Origin: Eledone cirrhosa
Lineage: Eukaryota
Reading direction: 5' to 3'
NCBI GenBank assembly: GCA_964016885.1
Contig: OZ024747.1
Span: 55,242,001 to 55,306,000, forward strand
DNA length: 64,000 bases
The notes under the pieces: generated by a model
The model's database searches: none
Told to the model about the DNA's origin: nothing
Seen by the model: only the letters and a program-made list of their open reading frames with translations
Program-made: the position numbers and the translations under genes
Shown: one piece after another, positions 43,905 through 57,196 of the stretch
Layout: each line of letters begins with the position of its first letter
Position numbering within the stretch: the first letter of the stretch is position 1

Positions 43905-44532
43905 TGTGTGTGTATAACATATATATACAGATATAACAAATATATACAGTGTGTGTGTGTGTCTGTGTGTGTGTCTGTATATATAACATATATACATATA
44001 GATAACATCTCCGTCTGACGACCGATTCAGACGTATATTGTTAGTGTCTGGGATCCAGATGCCTTTGGTAATGGAGTAGTTATATTTTGTCTTCTTTACT
44101 TTCTAATTAAATAGCTCTGTTCTATACATAGAGCACTCTTTTTCCCTTTGATTTTCCTTCAAATTACCTAACATATATATATACATAATTATTTGTCTCT
44201 CTTTCTGTTTGTCTGTCTGTTCCTATACATTCTTAAACGGCTCTACATGTAATAGGTGTGCGAGGATGTATGTCTCTGTGTGTCTGTGTTAGTATGTGTA
44301 TGAGAGAGTGTAGGTGTGTGTGAGTGTATGTGAGTGCGTATGTATGTGTGAGTGCATGTGTGTGTGAGTGTATGTGTGATAATTCTTATCTCAACCTTCT
44401 ACACATCTACACATACAGATACATATATGATGACAGACAAGTAATAGATTTGCGTGAATGGATATCTCTGTCTGTCTGTCTTAGTATATGTATGTGAGTG
44501 TATTTGAGAGTGTGTCAGTGTAGGTGTGATAA

Positions 44533-44718
44533 TTGGATTGGCAGTATCGGTAGAGGGTCGGACGCTATGCTTTGACGCACAGAGTTATGGCCCTTGCTAT
44601 TCTGAGTTCGAATAGCGCGGTGGTTAACTTTGCCTTTCATCCTTACGGAGTCGATAAAATAAAGTACCAGTAATGTACAGGTTAATTGCTGGCCTTGAGC
44701 CAAAAAGTAGAAACAATT
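44533..44718 (+). mobile_element. SINE
   Basis: tggattggcagtatcggtagagggtcggacgc..gagttcgaatagc..gtcgataaaataaagtaccag. Confidence 0.9.
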
Positions 44719-45201
44719 GTTTTCATTTGGATTAAAATAATAGAAAACAACACAACGACGTCACATTTTGTATATGAATAGGTATGTGTTTGTGAGTGCG
44801 TGTGTGCGCGTTCATTAGTTACGTTATTAAATATACACACACATCTACACATACATATACATATGTAGTGACTGAAAAAATATGAAGTGAAAAGTTATGC
44901 GTGTGTCTGCGTGAATGTATGCCTATGTTTCTCTTTCTTAGTATATGTATGAGAGTGTATGTAAGTACGTATGTGTGTGAGTGTGTAGCAACAATTTATT
45001 CATTTGGATACCAGCAAAGAATTACACAATTAATATTGTTTACCCTACGGTCCTTCAAGATAGATAGATTTTTTATTTCTAAATACTATTAGCATTACAT
45101 TTATGAAACATATCTTCATGTTTACCCACTCAATATGCAAATTGGGCTACTCAGCCGTTAATATGCATAAGGAAAGTATATACTTTCGGACGTTCAGCTA
45201 T

Positions 45202-45270
45202 CTGGCAGGAAGGTATACGTTGCTGACGATAGCTAACAAGCTTGAAACTAGTACAGCGTTCCTTTGTCAG
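45202..45270 (+). ncRNA. Minimal type I hammerhead ribozyme
   Basis: acgttg-CTGACGA-t-agct-aaca-agct-t-GAAA-c-ta-GTA^-cagcgt; stem I acgttg/cagcgt extended by ctggca..aagg/cctttgtcag; palindromic stem III actagt. Confidence 0.75.
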
Positions 45271-45453
45271 TGTTGAACAAACGAGCAACGGTGGTTGCTA
45301 GACACTACGGCTTAATACGGAGTGTTTGTTTACAAACACAGCGAGCATTATAATAAATGTTTGGTGAATCCATACGTACATATATATGTGTGCATGTATG
45401 TATATATATATATACATACTACTGTACGTCTGTATACATATATGTATGTACGT

Positions 45454-45519
<66 letters not shown>

Positions 45520-45570
45520 AAAAATATACCCAATTTACATATGGCACCGTTGTAGTAAATGGCTTTAATG

Positions 45571-45652
<82 letters not shown>

Positions 45653-45939
45653 GATAGGTAGGCACGTATGCATGTATGTATGTATGTATGTATGTATGTA
45701 TGTATGTATGTATGTATGTATGCATGCATGTATGTATGTATGTATGTATGTATGTATGCATGCATGTATGTATGTATGTATGCATGTATGTATGTATGTA
45801 TGGCAATGCGAAAATATACAAGGAAGTATCATTAATCATTAACAGAAAATATATATTTTAAATGTACAGATGGTGACGTACATTTTCAGGAAATTCTCCC
45901 TAATAAAGCAATGAAACATATCCTAAAATATTTGAAAAA

Positions 45940-46170
<231 letters not shown>

Positions 46171-46432
46171 ATAAGGAAAGAGTGAAAAAGAGAAGGAAAG
46201 AGTAAAGGCGGAGGAGGAAGAGAAAAAGACAAACAACAACATCAACAAAAATAACAAGAGCAACAACCAACAGCAAAATGGCGGATATATAGAATATATC
46301 TGAGACAATTAAAATGACTGCAGATATTATATTTGAGACAGGAAGTAGATGTAGATCTGTTGCTACAGAATTATACTGAAATAAAAGATTATAATATATA
46401 GCTGTCTCCGTTTTCGTGTGGTGGGGACAGGT

Positions 46433-46893
46433 CTATGATAGGAGGGATGTGGTGCTCTTGATGGTAGTTCTGTTGTTGGTGATGATGTTGGTAGTGTTTT
46501 TGTTGAATGGTGGTGTTTCTGTTCTTTGTGTTGTTGTTGTTGTTGTTAGTTTTGGTGCTGTTAGTGTTAATGTAGTTGCTGGTAGTGTTGGTAATGTTGC
46601 TAGTGGTGTTGGTGTTGATGGTGCAGGTCTTGTTGGTGGTTGTGTTGTAGTTAGTGGTGTTGGTGTTGGTGTCGGTGCTGATGGTGTTGGTGTTGTTTGT
46701 GTTTGTGCTGGTGCTGTTGGTGTTAGTACTGGTGCTGTTGCTGTTGGTGTTAGCATTCGTGGTGTTGGTGTTATTGGTGGTGGTGTTGGTGGTAGTACTG
46801 GTGCTATTGGTGTTAGCGTTCGTGGTGTTGGTATTGTTGGCGCTTGTCTTGTTGGTCCTTGTTTTCTAGTTAGTGGTGTTGGTGTTGGTTTTT
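46433..46893 (-). other. Pro/Thr-rich low-complexity open frame adjoining the minisatellite; coding status unsupported
   Basis: Degenerate ACC/ACA triplets translate as PTPTPLTRKQGPTRQAPTIPTP...; no clear splice signals or domain. Confidence 0.25.
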
Positions 46894-46907
46894 ATGGTGG
46901 TTATATC

Positions 46908-49900
46908 GTAGATGGTGGTATTTTCTGGTGTCGTTAGTGTACGGATGTAGCTGAACAGTTTGATGATGTTACTGTTGTAGATGGTGGTATTTTCTGGTAT
47001 TGTTAGTGTACGGATGTAGCTGTACAGTTTGATGATGTTACTGTGTAGATGGTGGTATTTTCTGGTGTTGTTAGTGTACGGATGTAGCTGTACAGTTTGA
47101 TGATGTTACTGTTGTAGATGGTGGTATTTTCTGGTGTTGTTAGTGTACGGATGTAGCTGTACAGTTTGATGATGTTACTGTGTAGATGGTATTTTCTGGT
47201 GTTGTTAGTGTATGGATGTAGCTGTACAGTTTGATGATGTTACTGTCGTAGATGGTGGTATTTTCTGGTGTTGGTAGTGTACGGATGTAGCTGTACAGTT
47301 TGATGATGTTACTGTTGTAGATGGTGGTATTTTCTGGTGTTGGTAGTGTACGGATGTAGCTGTACAGTTTGATGATGTTACTGTTGTAGATGGTGGTATT
47401 TTCTGGTGTTGTTAGTGTACGGATGTAGCTGTACAGTTTGATGATGTTACTGTTGTAGATGGTGGTATTTTCTGGTGTTGTTAGTGTATGGATGTAGCTG
47501 TACAGTTTGATGATGTTACTGTTGTAGATGGTGGTATTTTCTGGTGTTGTTAGTGTATGGATGTAGCTGTACAGTTTGATGATGTTACTGTTGTAGATGG
47601 TGGTATTTTCTGGTGTTGTTAGTGTATGGATGTAGCTGTACAGTTTGATGATGTTACTGTTGTAGATGGTGGTATTTTCTGGTGTTGTTAGTGTACGGAT
47701 GTAGCTGTATAGTTTGATGATGTTACTGTTGTAGATGGTGGTATTTTCTGGTGTTGGTAGTGTACGGATGTAGCTGTATAGTTTGGTGATGTTACTGTTG
47801 TAGATGGTGGTATTTTCTGGTGTTGGTAGTGTACGGATGTAGCTGTACAGTTTGATGATGTTACTGTCGTAGATGGTGGTATTTTCTGGTGTTGGTAGTG
47901 TACGGATGTAGCTGTACAGTTTGGTGATGTTACTGTTGTAGATGGTGGTATTGTCTGGTGTTGTTAGTGTATGGATGTAGCTGTACAGTTTGATGATGTT
48001 ACTGTTGTAGATGGTGGTATTTTCTGGTGTTGGTAGTGTATGGATGTAGCTGTACAGTTTGATGATGTTACTGTTGTAGATGGTGGTATTTTCTGGTGTT
48101 GTTAGTGTATGGATGTGGCTGTACAGTTTGATGATGTTACTGTTGTAGATGGTGGTATTGTCTGGTGTTGTTAGTGTATGGATGTAGCTGTACAGTTTGA
48201 TGATGTTACTGTTGTAGATGGTGGTATTTTCTGGTGTTGTTAGTGTATGGATGTAGCTGTACAGTTTGATGATGTTACTGTTGTAGATGGTGGTATTGTC
48301 TGGTGTTGTTAGTGTATGGATGTAGCTGTACAGTTTGATGATGTTACTGTTGTAGATGGTGGTATTGTCTGGTGTTGTTAGTGTATGGATGTAGCTGTAC
48401 AGTTTGATGATGTTACTGTTGTAGATGGTGGTATTTTCTGGTGTTGTTAGTGTACGGATGTAGCTGTACAGTTTGATGATGTTACTGTTGTAGATGGTGG
48501 TATTTTCTGGTATTGTTAGTGTATGGATGTAGCTGTATAGTTTGATGGTGTTACTGTTGTAGATGGTGGTATTTTCTGGTGTTGTTAGTGTACGGATGTA
48601 GCTGTACAGTTTGATGATGTTACTGTTGTAGATGGTGGTATTTTCTGGTGTTGTTAGTGTATGGATGTAGCTGTACAGTTTGATGATGTTACTGTCGTAG
48701 ATGGTGGTATTTTCTGGTGTTGTTAGTGTATGGATGTAGCTGTATAGTTTGATGATGTTACTGTTGTAGATGGTGGTATTTTCTGGTGTTGTTAGTGTAT
48801 GGATGTAGCTGTACAGTTTGATGAAGTTACTGTTGTAGATGGTGGTATTTTCTGGTGTTGTTAGTGTATGGATGTAGCTGTACAGTTTGATGATGTTACT
48901 GTTGTAGATGGTGGTATTTTCTGGTGTTGTTAGTGTATGGATGTAGCTGTACAGTTTGATGATGTTACTGTCGTAGATGGTGGTATTTTCTGGTGTTGTT
49001 AGTGTATGGATGTAGCTGTATAGTTTGATGATGTTACTGTTGTAGATGGTGGTATTTTCTGGTGTTGTTAGTGTATGGATGTAGCTGTATAGTTTGATGA
49101 TGTTACTGTTGTAGATGGTGGTATTATCTGGTGTTGGTAGTGTACGGATGTAGCTGTACAGTTTGATGATGTTACTGTTGTAGATGGTGGTATTTTCTGG
49201 TGTTGTTAGTGTATGGATGTAGCTGTACAGTTTGATGATGTTACTGTTGTAGATGGTGGTATTTTCTGGTGTTGTTAGTGTATGGATGTAGCTGTATAGT
49301 TTGATGATGTTACTGTTGTAGATGGTGGTATTTTCTGGTGTTGTTAGTGTATGGATGTAGCTGTACAGTTTGATGATGTTACTGTTGTAGATGGTGGTAT
49401 TTTCTGGTGTTGTTAGTGTATGGATGTAGCTGTACAGTTTGATGATGTTACTGTCGTAGATGGTGGTATTTTCTGGTGTTGTTAGTGTATGGATGTAGCT
49501 GTATAGTTTGATGATGTTACTGTTGTAGATGGTGGTATTTTCTGGTGTTGTTAGTGTATGGATGTAGCTGTACAGTTTGATGATGTTACTGTTGTAGATG
49601 GTGGTATTTTCTGGTGTTGTTAGTGTATGGATGTAGCTGTATAGTTTGATGATGTTACTGTTGTAGATGGTGGTATTTTCTGGTGTTGTTAGTGTATGGA
49701 TGTAGCTGTATAGTTTGATGATGTTACTGTTGTAGATGGTGGTATTTTCTGGTGTTGTTAGTGTATGGATGTAGCTGTACAGTTTGATGATGTTACTGTT
49801 GTAGATGGTGGTATTTTCTGGTGTTGTTAGTGTATGGATGTAGCTGTATAGTTTGATGATGTTACTGTTGTAGATGGTGGTATTTTCTGGTGTTGTTAGT

Positions 49901-52900
49901 GTATGGATGTAGCTGTACAGTTTGATGATGTTACTGTTGTAGATGGTGGTATTTTCTGGTGTTGTTAGTGTATGGATGTAGCTGTACAGTTTGATGATGT
50001 TACTGTCGTAGATGGTGGTATTTTCTGGTGTTGTTAGTGTATGGATGTAGCTGTATAGTTTGATGATGTTACTGTTGTAGATGGTGGTATTTTCTGGTGT
50101 TGTTAGTGTATGGATGTAGCTGTACAGTTTGATGATGTTACTGTTGTAGATGGTGGTATTTTCTGGTGTTGTTAGTGTATGGATGTAGCTGTATAGTTTG
50201 ATGATGTTACTGTTGTAGATGGTGGTATTTTCTGGTGTTGTTAGTGTATGGATGTAGCTGTATAGTTTGATGATGTTACTGTTGTAGATGGTGGTATTTT
50301 CTGGTGTTGTTAGTGTATGGATGTAGCTGTACAGTTTGATGATGTTACTGTTGTAGATGGTGGTATTTTCTGGTGTTGTTAGTGTATGGATGTAGCTGTA
50401 CAGTTTGATGATGTTACTGTTGTAGATGGTGGTATTTTCTGGTGTTGTTAGTGTATGGATGTAGCTGTACAGTTTGATGATGTTACTGTCGTAGATGGTG
50501 GTATTTTCTGGTGTTGTTAGTGTATGGATGTAGCTGTATAGTTTGATGATGTTACTGTTGTAGATGGTGGTATTTTCTGGTGTTGTTAGTGTATGGATGT
50601 AGCTGTATAGTTTGATGATGTTACTGTTGTAGATGGTGGTATTATCTGGTGTTGGTAGTGTACGGATGTAGCTGTACAGTTTGATGATGTTACTGTTGTA
50701 GATGGTGGTATTTTCTGGTGTTGTTAGTGTATGGATGTAGCTGTACAGTTTGATGATGTTACTGTTGTAGATGGTGGTATTTTCTGGTGTTGTTAGTGTA
50801 TGGATGTAGCTGTACAGTTTGATGATGTTACTGTTGTAGATGGTGGTATTTTCTGGTGTTGTTAGTGTATGGATGTAGCTGTACAGTTTGATGATGTTAC
50901 TGTTGTAGATGGTGGTATTTTCTGGTGTTGTTAGTGTACGGATGTAGCTGTACAGTTTGATGATGTTACTGTTGTAGATGGTGGTATTTTCTGGTGTTGG
51001 TAGTGTACGGATGTAGCTGTACAGTTTGATGATGTTACTGTTGTAGATGGTGGTATTTTCTGGTGTTGGTAGTGTACGGATGTAGCTGTACAGTTTGATG
51101 ATGTTACTGTTGTAGATGGTGGTATTTTCTGGTGTTGGTAGTGTATGGATGTAGCTGTACAGTTTGATGATGTTACTGTTGTAGATGGTGGTATTTTCTG
51201 GTGTTGTTAGTGTACGGATGTAGCTGTACAGTTTGATGATGTTACTGTTGTAGATGGTGGTATTTTCTGGTATTGTTAGTGTACGGATGTAGCTGTACAG
51301 TTTGGTGATGTTACTGTTGTAGATGGTGGTATTTTCTGGTGTTGGTAGTGTATGGATGTAGCTGTACAGTTTGATGATGTTACTGTTGTAGATGGTGGTA
51401 TTTTCTGGTGTTGTTAGTGTACGGATGTAGCTGTACAGTTTGATGATGTTACTGTTGTAGATGGTGGTATTTTCTGGTGTTGGTAGTGTACGGATGTAGC
51501 TGTACAGTTTGATGATGTTACTGTTGTAGATGGTGGTATTTTCTGGTGTTGTTAGTGTATGGATGTAGCTGTACAGTTTGATGATGTTACTGTTGTAGAT
51601 GGTGGTATTTTCTGGTGTCGTTAGTGGATGGATGTAGCTGTACAGTTTGATGATGTTACTGTTGTAGATGGTGGTATTTTCTGGTGTCGTTAGTGTACGG
51701 AAGTAGCTGTACAGTTTGATGATGTTACTGTTGTAGATGGTGGTATTTTCTGGTGTCGTTAGTGTATGGATGTAGCTGTACAGTTTGATGATGTTACTGT
51801 TGTAGATGGTGGTATTTTCTGGTGTCGTTAGTGTATGGATGTAGCTGTACAGTTTGATGATGTTACTGTTGTAGATGGTGGTATTTTCTGGTGTCGTTAG
51901 TGTACGGAAGTAGCTGTACAGTTTGATGATGTTACTGTTGTAGATGGTGGTATTTTCTGGTGTTGTTAGTGTACGGATGTAGCTGTACAGTTTGATGATG
52001 TTACTGTTGTAGATGGTGGTATTTTCTGGTGTTGGTAGTGTATGGATGTAGCTGTACAGTTTGATGATGTTACTGTTGTAGATGGTGGTATTTTCTGGTA
52101 TTGTTAGTGTACGGATGTAGCTGTACAGTTTGATGATGTTACTGTTGTAGATGGTGGTATTTTCTGGTGTTGTTAGTGTACGGATGTAGCTGTACAGTTT
52201 GATGATGTTACTGTTGTAGATGGTGGTATTTTCTGGTGTTGGTAGTGTACGGATGTAGCTGTACAGTTTGATGATGTTACTGTTGTAGATGGTGGTATTT
52301 TCTGGTGTTGGTAGTGTACGGATGTAGCTGTACAGTTTGATGATGTTACTGTTGTAGATGGTGGTATTTTCTGGTATTGTTAGTGTACGGATGTAGCTGT
52401 ACAGTTTGATGATGTTACTGTTGTAGATGGTGGTATTTTCTGGTGTTGTTAGTGTACGGATGTAGCTGTACAGTTTGATGATGTTACTGTTGTAGATGGT
52501 GGTATTTTCTGGTGTTGTTAGTGTATGGATGTAGCTGTATAGTTTGATGATGTTACTGTTGTAGATGGTGGTATTGTCTGGTGTTGTTAGTGTATGGATG
52601 TAGCTGTATAGTTTGATGATGTTACTGTCGTAGATGGTGGTATTTTCTGGTATTGGTAGTGTACGGATGTAGCTGTATAGTTTGATGATGTTACTGTCGT
52701 AGATGGTGGTATTTTCTGGTGTTGGTAGTGTACGGATGTAGCTGTACAGTTTGATGATGTTACTGTCGTAGATGGTGGTATTTTCTGGTGTTGTTAGTGT
52801 ATGGATGTAGCTGTATAGTTTGATGATGTTACTGTCGTAGATGGTGGTATTTTCTGGTGTTGTTAGTGTATGGATGTAGCTGTATAGTTTGATGATGTTA

Positions 52901-55660
52901 CTGTTGTAGATGGTGGTATTTTCTGGTGTTGTTAGTGTATGGATGTAGCTGTACAGTTTGATGATGTTACTGTTGTTGATGGTGGTATTTTCTGGTGTTG
53001 TTAGTGTATGGATGTAGCTGTACAGTTTGATGATGTTACTGTTGTAGATGGTGGTATTTTCTGGTGTTGTTAGTGTACGGATGTAGCTGTACAATTTGAT
53101 GATGTTACTGTTGTAGATGGTGGTATTTTCTGGTGTTGTTAGTGTACGGATGTAGCTGTACAGTTTGATGATGTTACTGTTGTAGATGGTGGTATTTTCT
53201 GGTATTGTTAGTGTACGGATGTAGCTGTACAGTTTGATGATGTTACTGTTGTAGATGGTGGTATTTTCTGGTGTTGTTAGTGTACGGATGTAGCTGTACA
53301 GTTTGATGATGTTACTGTTGTAGATGGTGGTATTTTCTGGTATTGTTAGTGTACGGATGTAGCTGTACAGTTTGATGATGTTACTGTTGTAGATGGTGGT
53401 ATTTTCTGGTGTTGTTAGTGTATGGATGTAGCTGTATAGTTTGATGATGTTACTGTTGTAGATGGTGGTATTTTCTGGTGTTGTTAGTGTACGGATGTAG
53501 CTGTACAGTTTGATGATGTTACTGTTGTAGATGGTGGTATTTTCTGGTGTTGTTAGTGTACGGATGTAGCTGTACAGTTTGGTGATGTTACTGTTGTAGA
53601 TGGTGGTATTTTCTGGTGTTGTTAGTGTACGGATGTAGCTGTACAGTTTGATGATGTTACTGTTGTAGATGGTGGTATTTTCTGGTATTGTTAGTGTACG
53701 GATGTAGCTGTACAGTTTGATGATGTTACTGTTGTAGATGGTGGTATTTTCTGGTGTTGTTAGTGTACGGATGTAGCTGTACAGTTTGATGATGTTACTG
53801 TTGTAGATGGTGGTATTTTCTGGTGTTGTTAGTGTATGGATGTAGCTGTATAGTTTGGTGATGTTACTGTTGTAGATGGTGGTATTTTCTGGTGTCGTTA
53901 GTGTATGGATGTAGCTGTATAGTTTGATGATGTTACTGTTGTAGATGGTGGTATTTTCTGGTGTTGTTAGTGTACGGATGTAGCTGTACAGTTTGATGAT
54001 GTTACTGTTGTAGATGGTGGTATTTTCTGGTGTTGTTAGTGTATGGATGTAGCTGTATAGTTTGGTGATGTTACTGTTGTAGATGGTGGTATTTTCTGGT
54101 GTCGTTAGTGTATGGATGTAGCTGTATAGTTTGATGATGTTACTGTTGTAGATGGTGGTATTTTCTGGTGTTGTTAGTGTACGGATGTAGCTGTACAGTT
54201 TGATGATGTTACTGTTGTAGATGGTGGTATTTTCTGGTGTTGTTAGTGTATGGATGTAGCTGTACAGTTTGATGATGTTACTGTTGTAGATGGTGGTATT
54301 TTCTGGTGTTGGTAGTGTATGGATGTAGCTGTATAGTTTGATGATGTTACTGTTGTAGATGGTGGTATTTTCTGGTGTTGTTAGTGTATGGATGTAGCTG
54401 TATAGTTTGATGATGTTACTGTCGTAGATGGTGGTATTTTCTGGTATTGGTAGTGTACGGATGTAGCTGTATAGTTTGATGATGTTACTGTCGTAGATGG
54501 TGGTATTTTCTGGTGTTGTTAGTGTACGGATGTAGCTGTACAGTTTGATGATGTTACTGTTGTAGATGGTGGTATTTTCTGGTGTTGGTAGTGTACGGAT
54601 GTAGCTGTACAGTTTGATGATGTTACTGTTGTAGATGGTGGTATTTTCTGGTGTTGTTAGTGTATGGATGTAGCTGTATAGTTTGATGATGTTACTGTTG
54701 TAGATGGTGGTATTTTCTGGTGTTGTTAGTGTATGGATGTAGCTGTACAGTTTGATGATGTTACTGTTGTAGATGGTGGTATTTTCTGGTGTTGTTAGTG
54801 TATGGATGTAGCTGTATAGTTTGATGATGTTACTGTTGTAGATGGTGGTATTTTCTGGTGTTGGTAGTGTACGGATGTAGCTGTACAGTTTGATGATGTT
54901 ACTGTTGTAGATGGTGGTATTTTCTGGTGTTGTTAGTGTACGGATGTAGCTGTACAGTTTGATGATGTTACTGTTGTAGATGGTGGTATTTTCTGGTGTT
55001 GTTAGTGTACGGATGTAGCTGTATAGTTTGATGATGTTACTGTTGTAGATGGTGGTATTTTCTGGTGTTGTTAGTGTATGGATGTAGCTGTACAGTTTGA
55101 TGATGTTACTGTTGTAGATGGTGGTATTTTCTGGTGTTGTTAGTGTATGGATGTAGCTGTATAGTTTGATGATGTTACTGTTGTAGATGGTGGTATTTTC
55201 TGGTGTTGGTAGTGTACGGATGTAGCTGTACAGTTTGATGATGTTACTGTTGTAGATGGTGGTATTTTCTGGTGTTGTTAGTGTACGGATGTAGCTGTAC
55301 AGTTTGATGATGTTACTGTTGTAGATGGTGGTATTTTCTGGTGTTGTTAGTGTACGGATGTAGCTGTATAGTTTGATGATGTTACTGTTGTAGATGGTGG
55401 TATTTTCTGGTGTTGTTAGTGTATGGATGTAGCTGTATAGTTTGATGATGTTACTGTTGTAGATGGTGGTATTTTCTGGTGTTGTTAGTGTATGGATGTA
55501 GCTGTATAGTTTGGTGATGTTACTGTTGTAGATGGTGGTATTTTCTGGTGTTGTTAGTGTACGGATGTAGCTGTACAGTTTGATGATGTTACTGTTGTAG
55601 ATGGTGGTATTTTCTGGTGTTGTTAGTGTATGGATGTAGCTGTATAGTTTGGTGATGTTA
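46908..55660. repeat. 69-bp minisatellite array, about 127 units (~8.75 kb)
   Basis: Consensus gtagatggtggtattttctggtgttgttagtgtaYggatgtagctgtaYagtttgatgatgttactgtt; few variable sites; strong GT/AC strand skew. Confidence 0.98.
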
Positions 55661-55734
55661 AGATGATTATAATGTTAATGGTGATAATTAAATAAAAACT
55701 ATGTTTCGTTATGAACGCTATCGTAATATTATTT

Positions 55735-55916
55735 GTTTCTACTTTTGGCACAAGGCCAGCAGTTATCCAAGTGTATTACTGGTATTTTATTTTATCGACC
55801 CCGTAAGGATAAAAGGCAAAGTTAACCTCGTCGGAATTTGAACACAGACCATAAAGGGCCGTAACTCTTTGCTTCAAAGCATGGCGTCCGACCCTCTACC
55901 GATACTGCCAATCCAC
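55735..55916 (-). mobile_element. SINE
   Basis: tgtttctacttttggcacaaggccagc...accgatactgccaatccac. Confidence 0.9.
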
Positions 55917-56299
55917 ATATTATTACCACTTAATTATATTCAGCTAAGTTCGAGGTACATGCAAATGAACATGTTCAGCCGATGTTTTTTATTTGCTATA
56001 TGCAAATTAGAATCTCATGTATATGTTCAATACCCGAAATTTATATAAACTCCATCCTATTTTCATCTCAGTACCGGTTCAGGGAATGTAAGTAATGAGA
56101 GATTAATGAATCTTGAATCAACTGTCTTGAATTCTCTGTGAGACATCTGTGACATGTTAACAGAAAAGAAAAGAGGAAAAACATTTTTTTCATAACACAA
56201 GCAATTTTACTTCTTTTATAGGAAGCCTCTCGTGAGTTTATTATACAGAAACATCGTATATGTAACCAATTACTGACATACATATATAGAAAGAGAGAC

Positions 56300-56446
56300 G
56301 AAATTAGAAAACCGACTGTGATGCCAAGCGGTTTCAGTTTGTATTCAGCAATCCGAAACTACTTGGCATCGCAGTAGAGTTTTTTACCATCATCTATGCC
56401 CACTCTACTTCTTCCCATACATAGAGTTCTCCCATGATTTGTGGTC
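56300..56446 (+). mobile_element. Fold-back + tail element, family B copy 2, between GA-rich sequence and (TC)n
   Basis: actgtgatgccaagcggtttc..gaaactacttggcatcgcagt hairpin; tail cccactctacttcttcccatacatagagttctcccatgatttgtggtc. Confidence 0.65.
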
Positions 56447-56515
56447 TCTCTCTCTCTCTTTTCTTTCTTTCTCTCTCACTCTCTCTCTTTACTTTCTGTC
56501 CCCCTCTCTCTCTAT

Positions 56516-56565
<50 letters not shown>

Positions 56566-56593
56566 CTGTGTGTGTGTGTGTGTTTGCGCGCGC

Positions 56594-56719
<126 letters not shown>

Positions 56720-56896
56720 TTGCGTCTTTGGCTATTATTTGTTGTTCAACCTCAAAACCTATTTCCGCCGCTTTCCTCTTAGGCAGAATATATTTATCTC
56801 CCTTTATATTTGCAAATCATTCCATTGTGTCAACCATGTTAGTTTGGAAAAGAATCTGCAAAATATTACGAAGAAAGAAATTGTAATTATTTGTCG

Positions 56897-57196
56897 CCGT
56901 CATCGTCACCATCGTCCTCGTCATGTCACCGTCATCGTCATCATCGTCCTCCTCATGTCGTCGTCATAGTCATCGTTATAGCCATCACAATCATCATCAT
57001 CAGTAGCACAAGCATCAACATCATCATTATCATCATCATCATTACATTCACCATTATCATATTTATCATCATCGTCATCATATTTATCATTATCCTAATC
57101 ATCATTATCATCATCAATATCATCATCATCGTCATCATCATCATCATATTCATCATCATCAACGTCATCTTCATCATCATCATCATCAACGTCATC
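56897..57196. repeat. Degenerate (ATC)n region
   Basis: Directly visible. Confidence 0.9.

Noticed and set aside
47140-53094. 1984-aa ORF as a real protein-coding gene
   Set aside because: It starts at a TTG created by a single unit variant, has no ATG or unique domains, most variants are non-synonymous, and the frame breaks at the array end; kept only as a low-probability hypothesis
46908-55660. CRISPR-like array
   Set aside because: Contiguous near-identical units with no unique spacers, in a eukaryotic context
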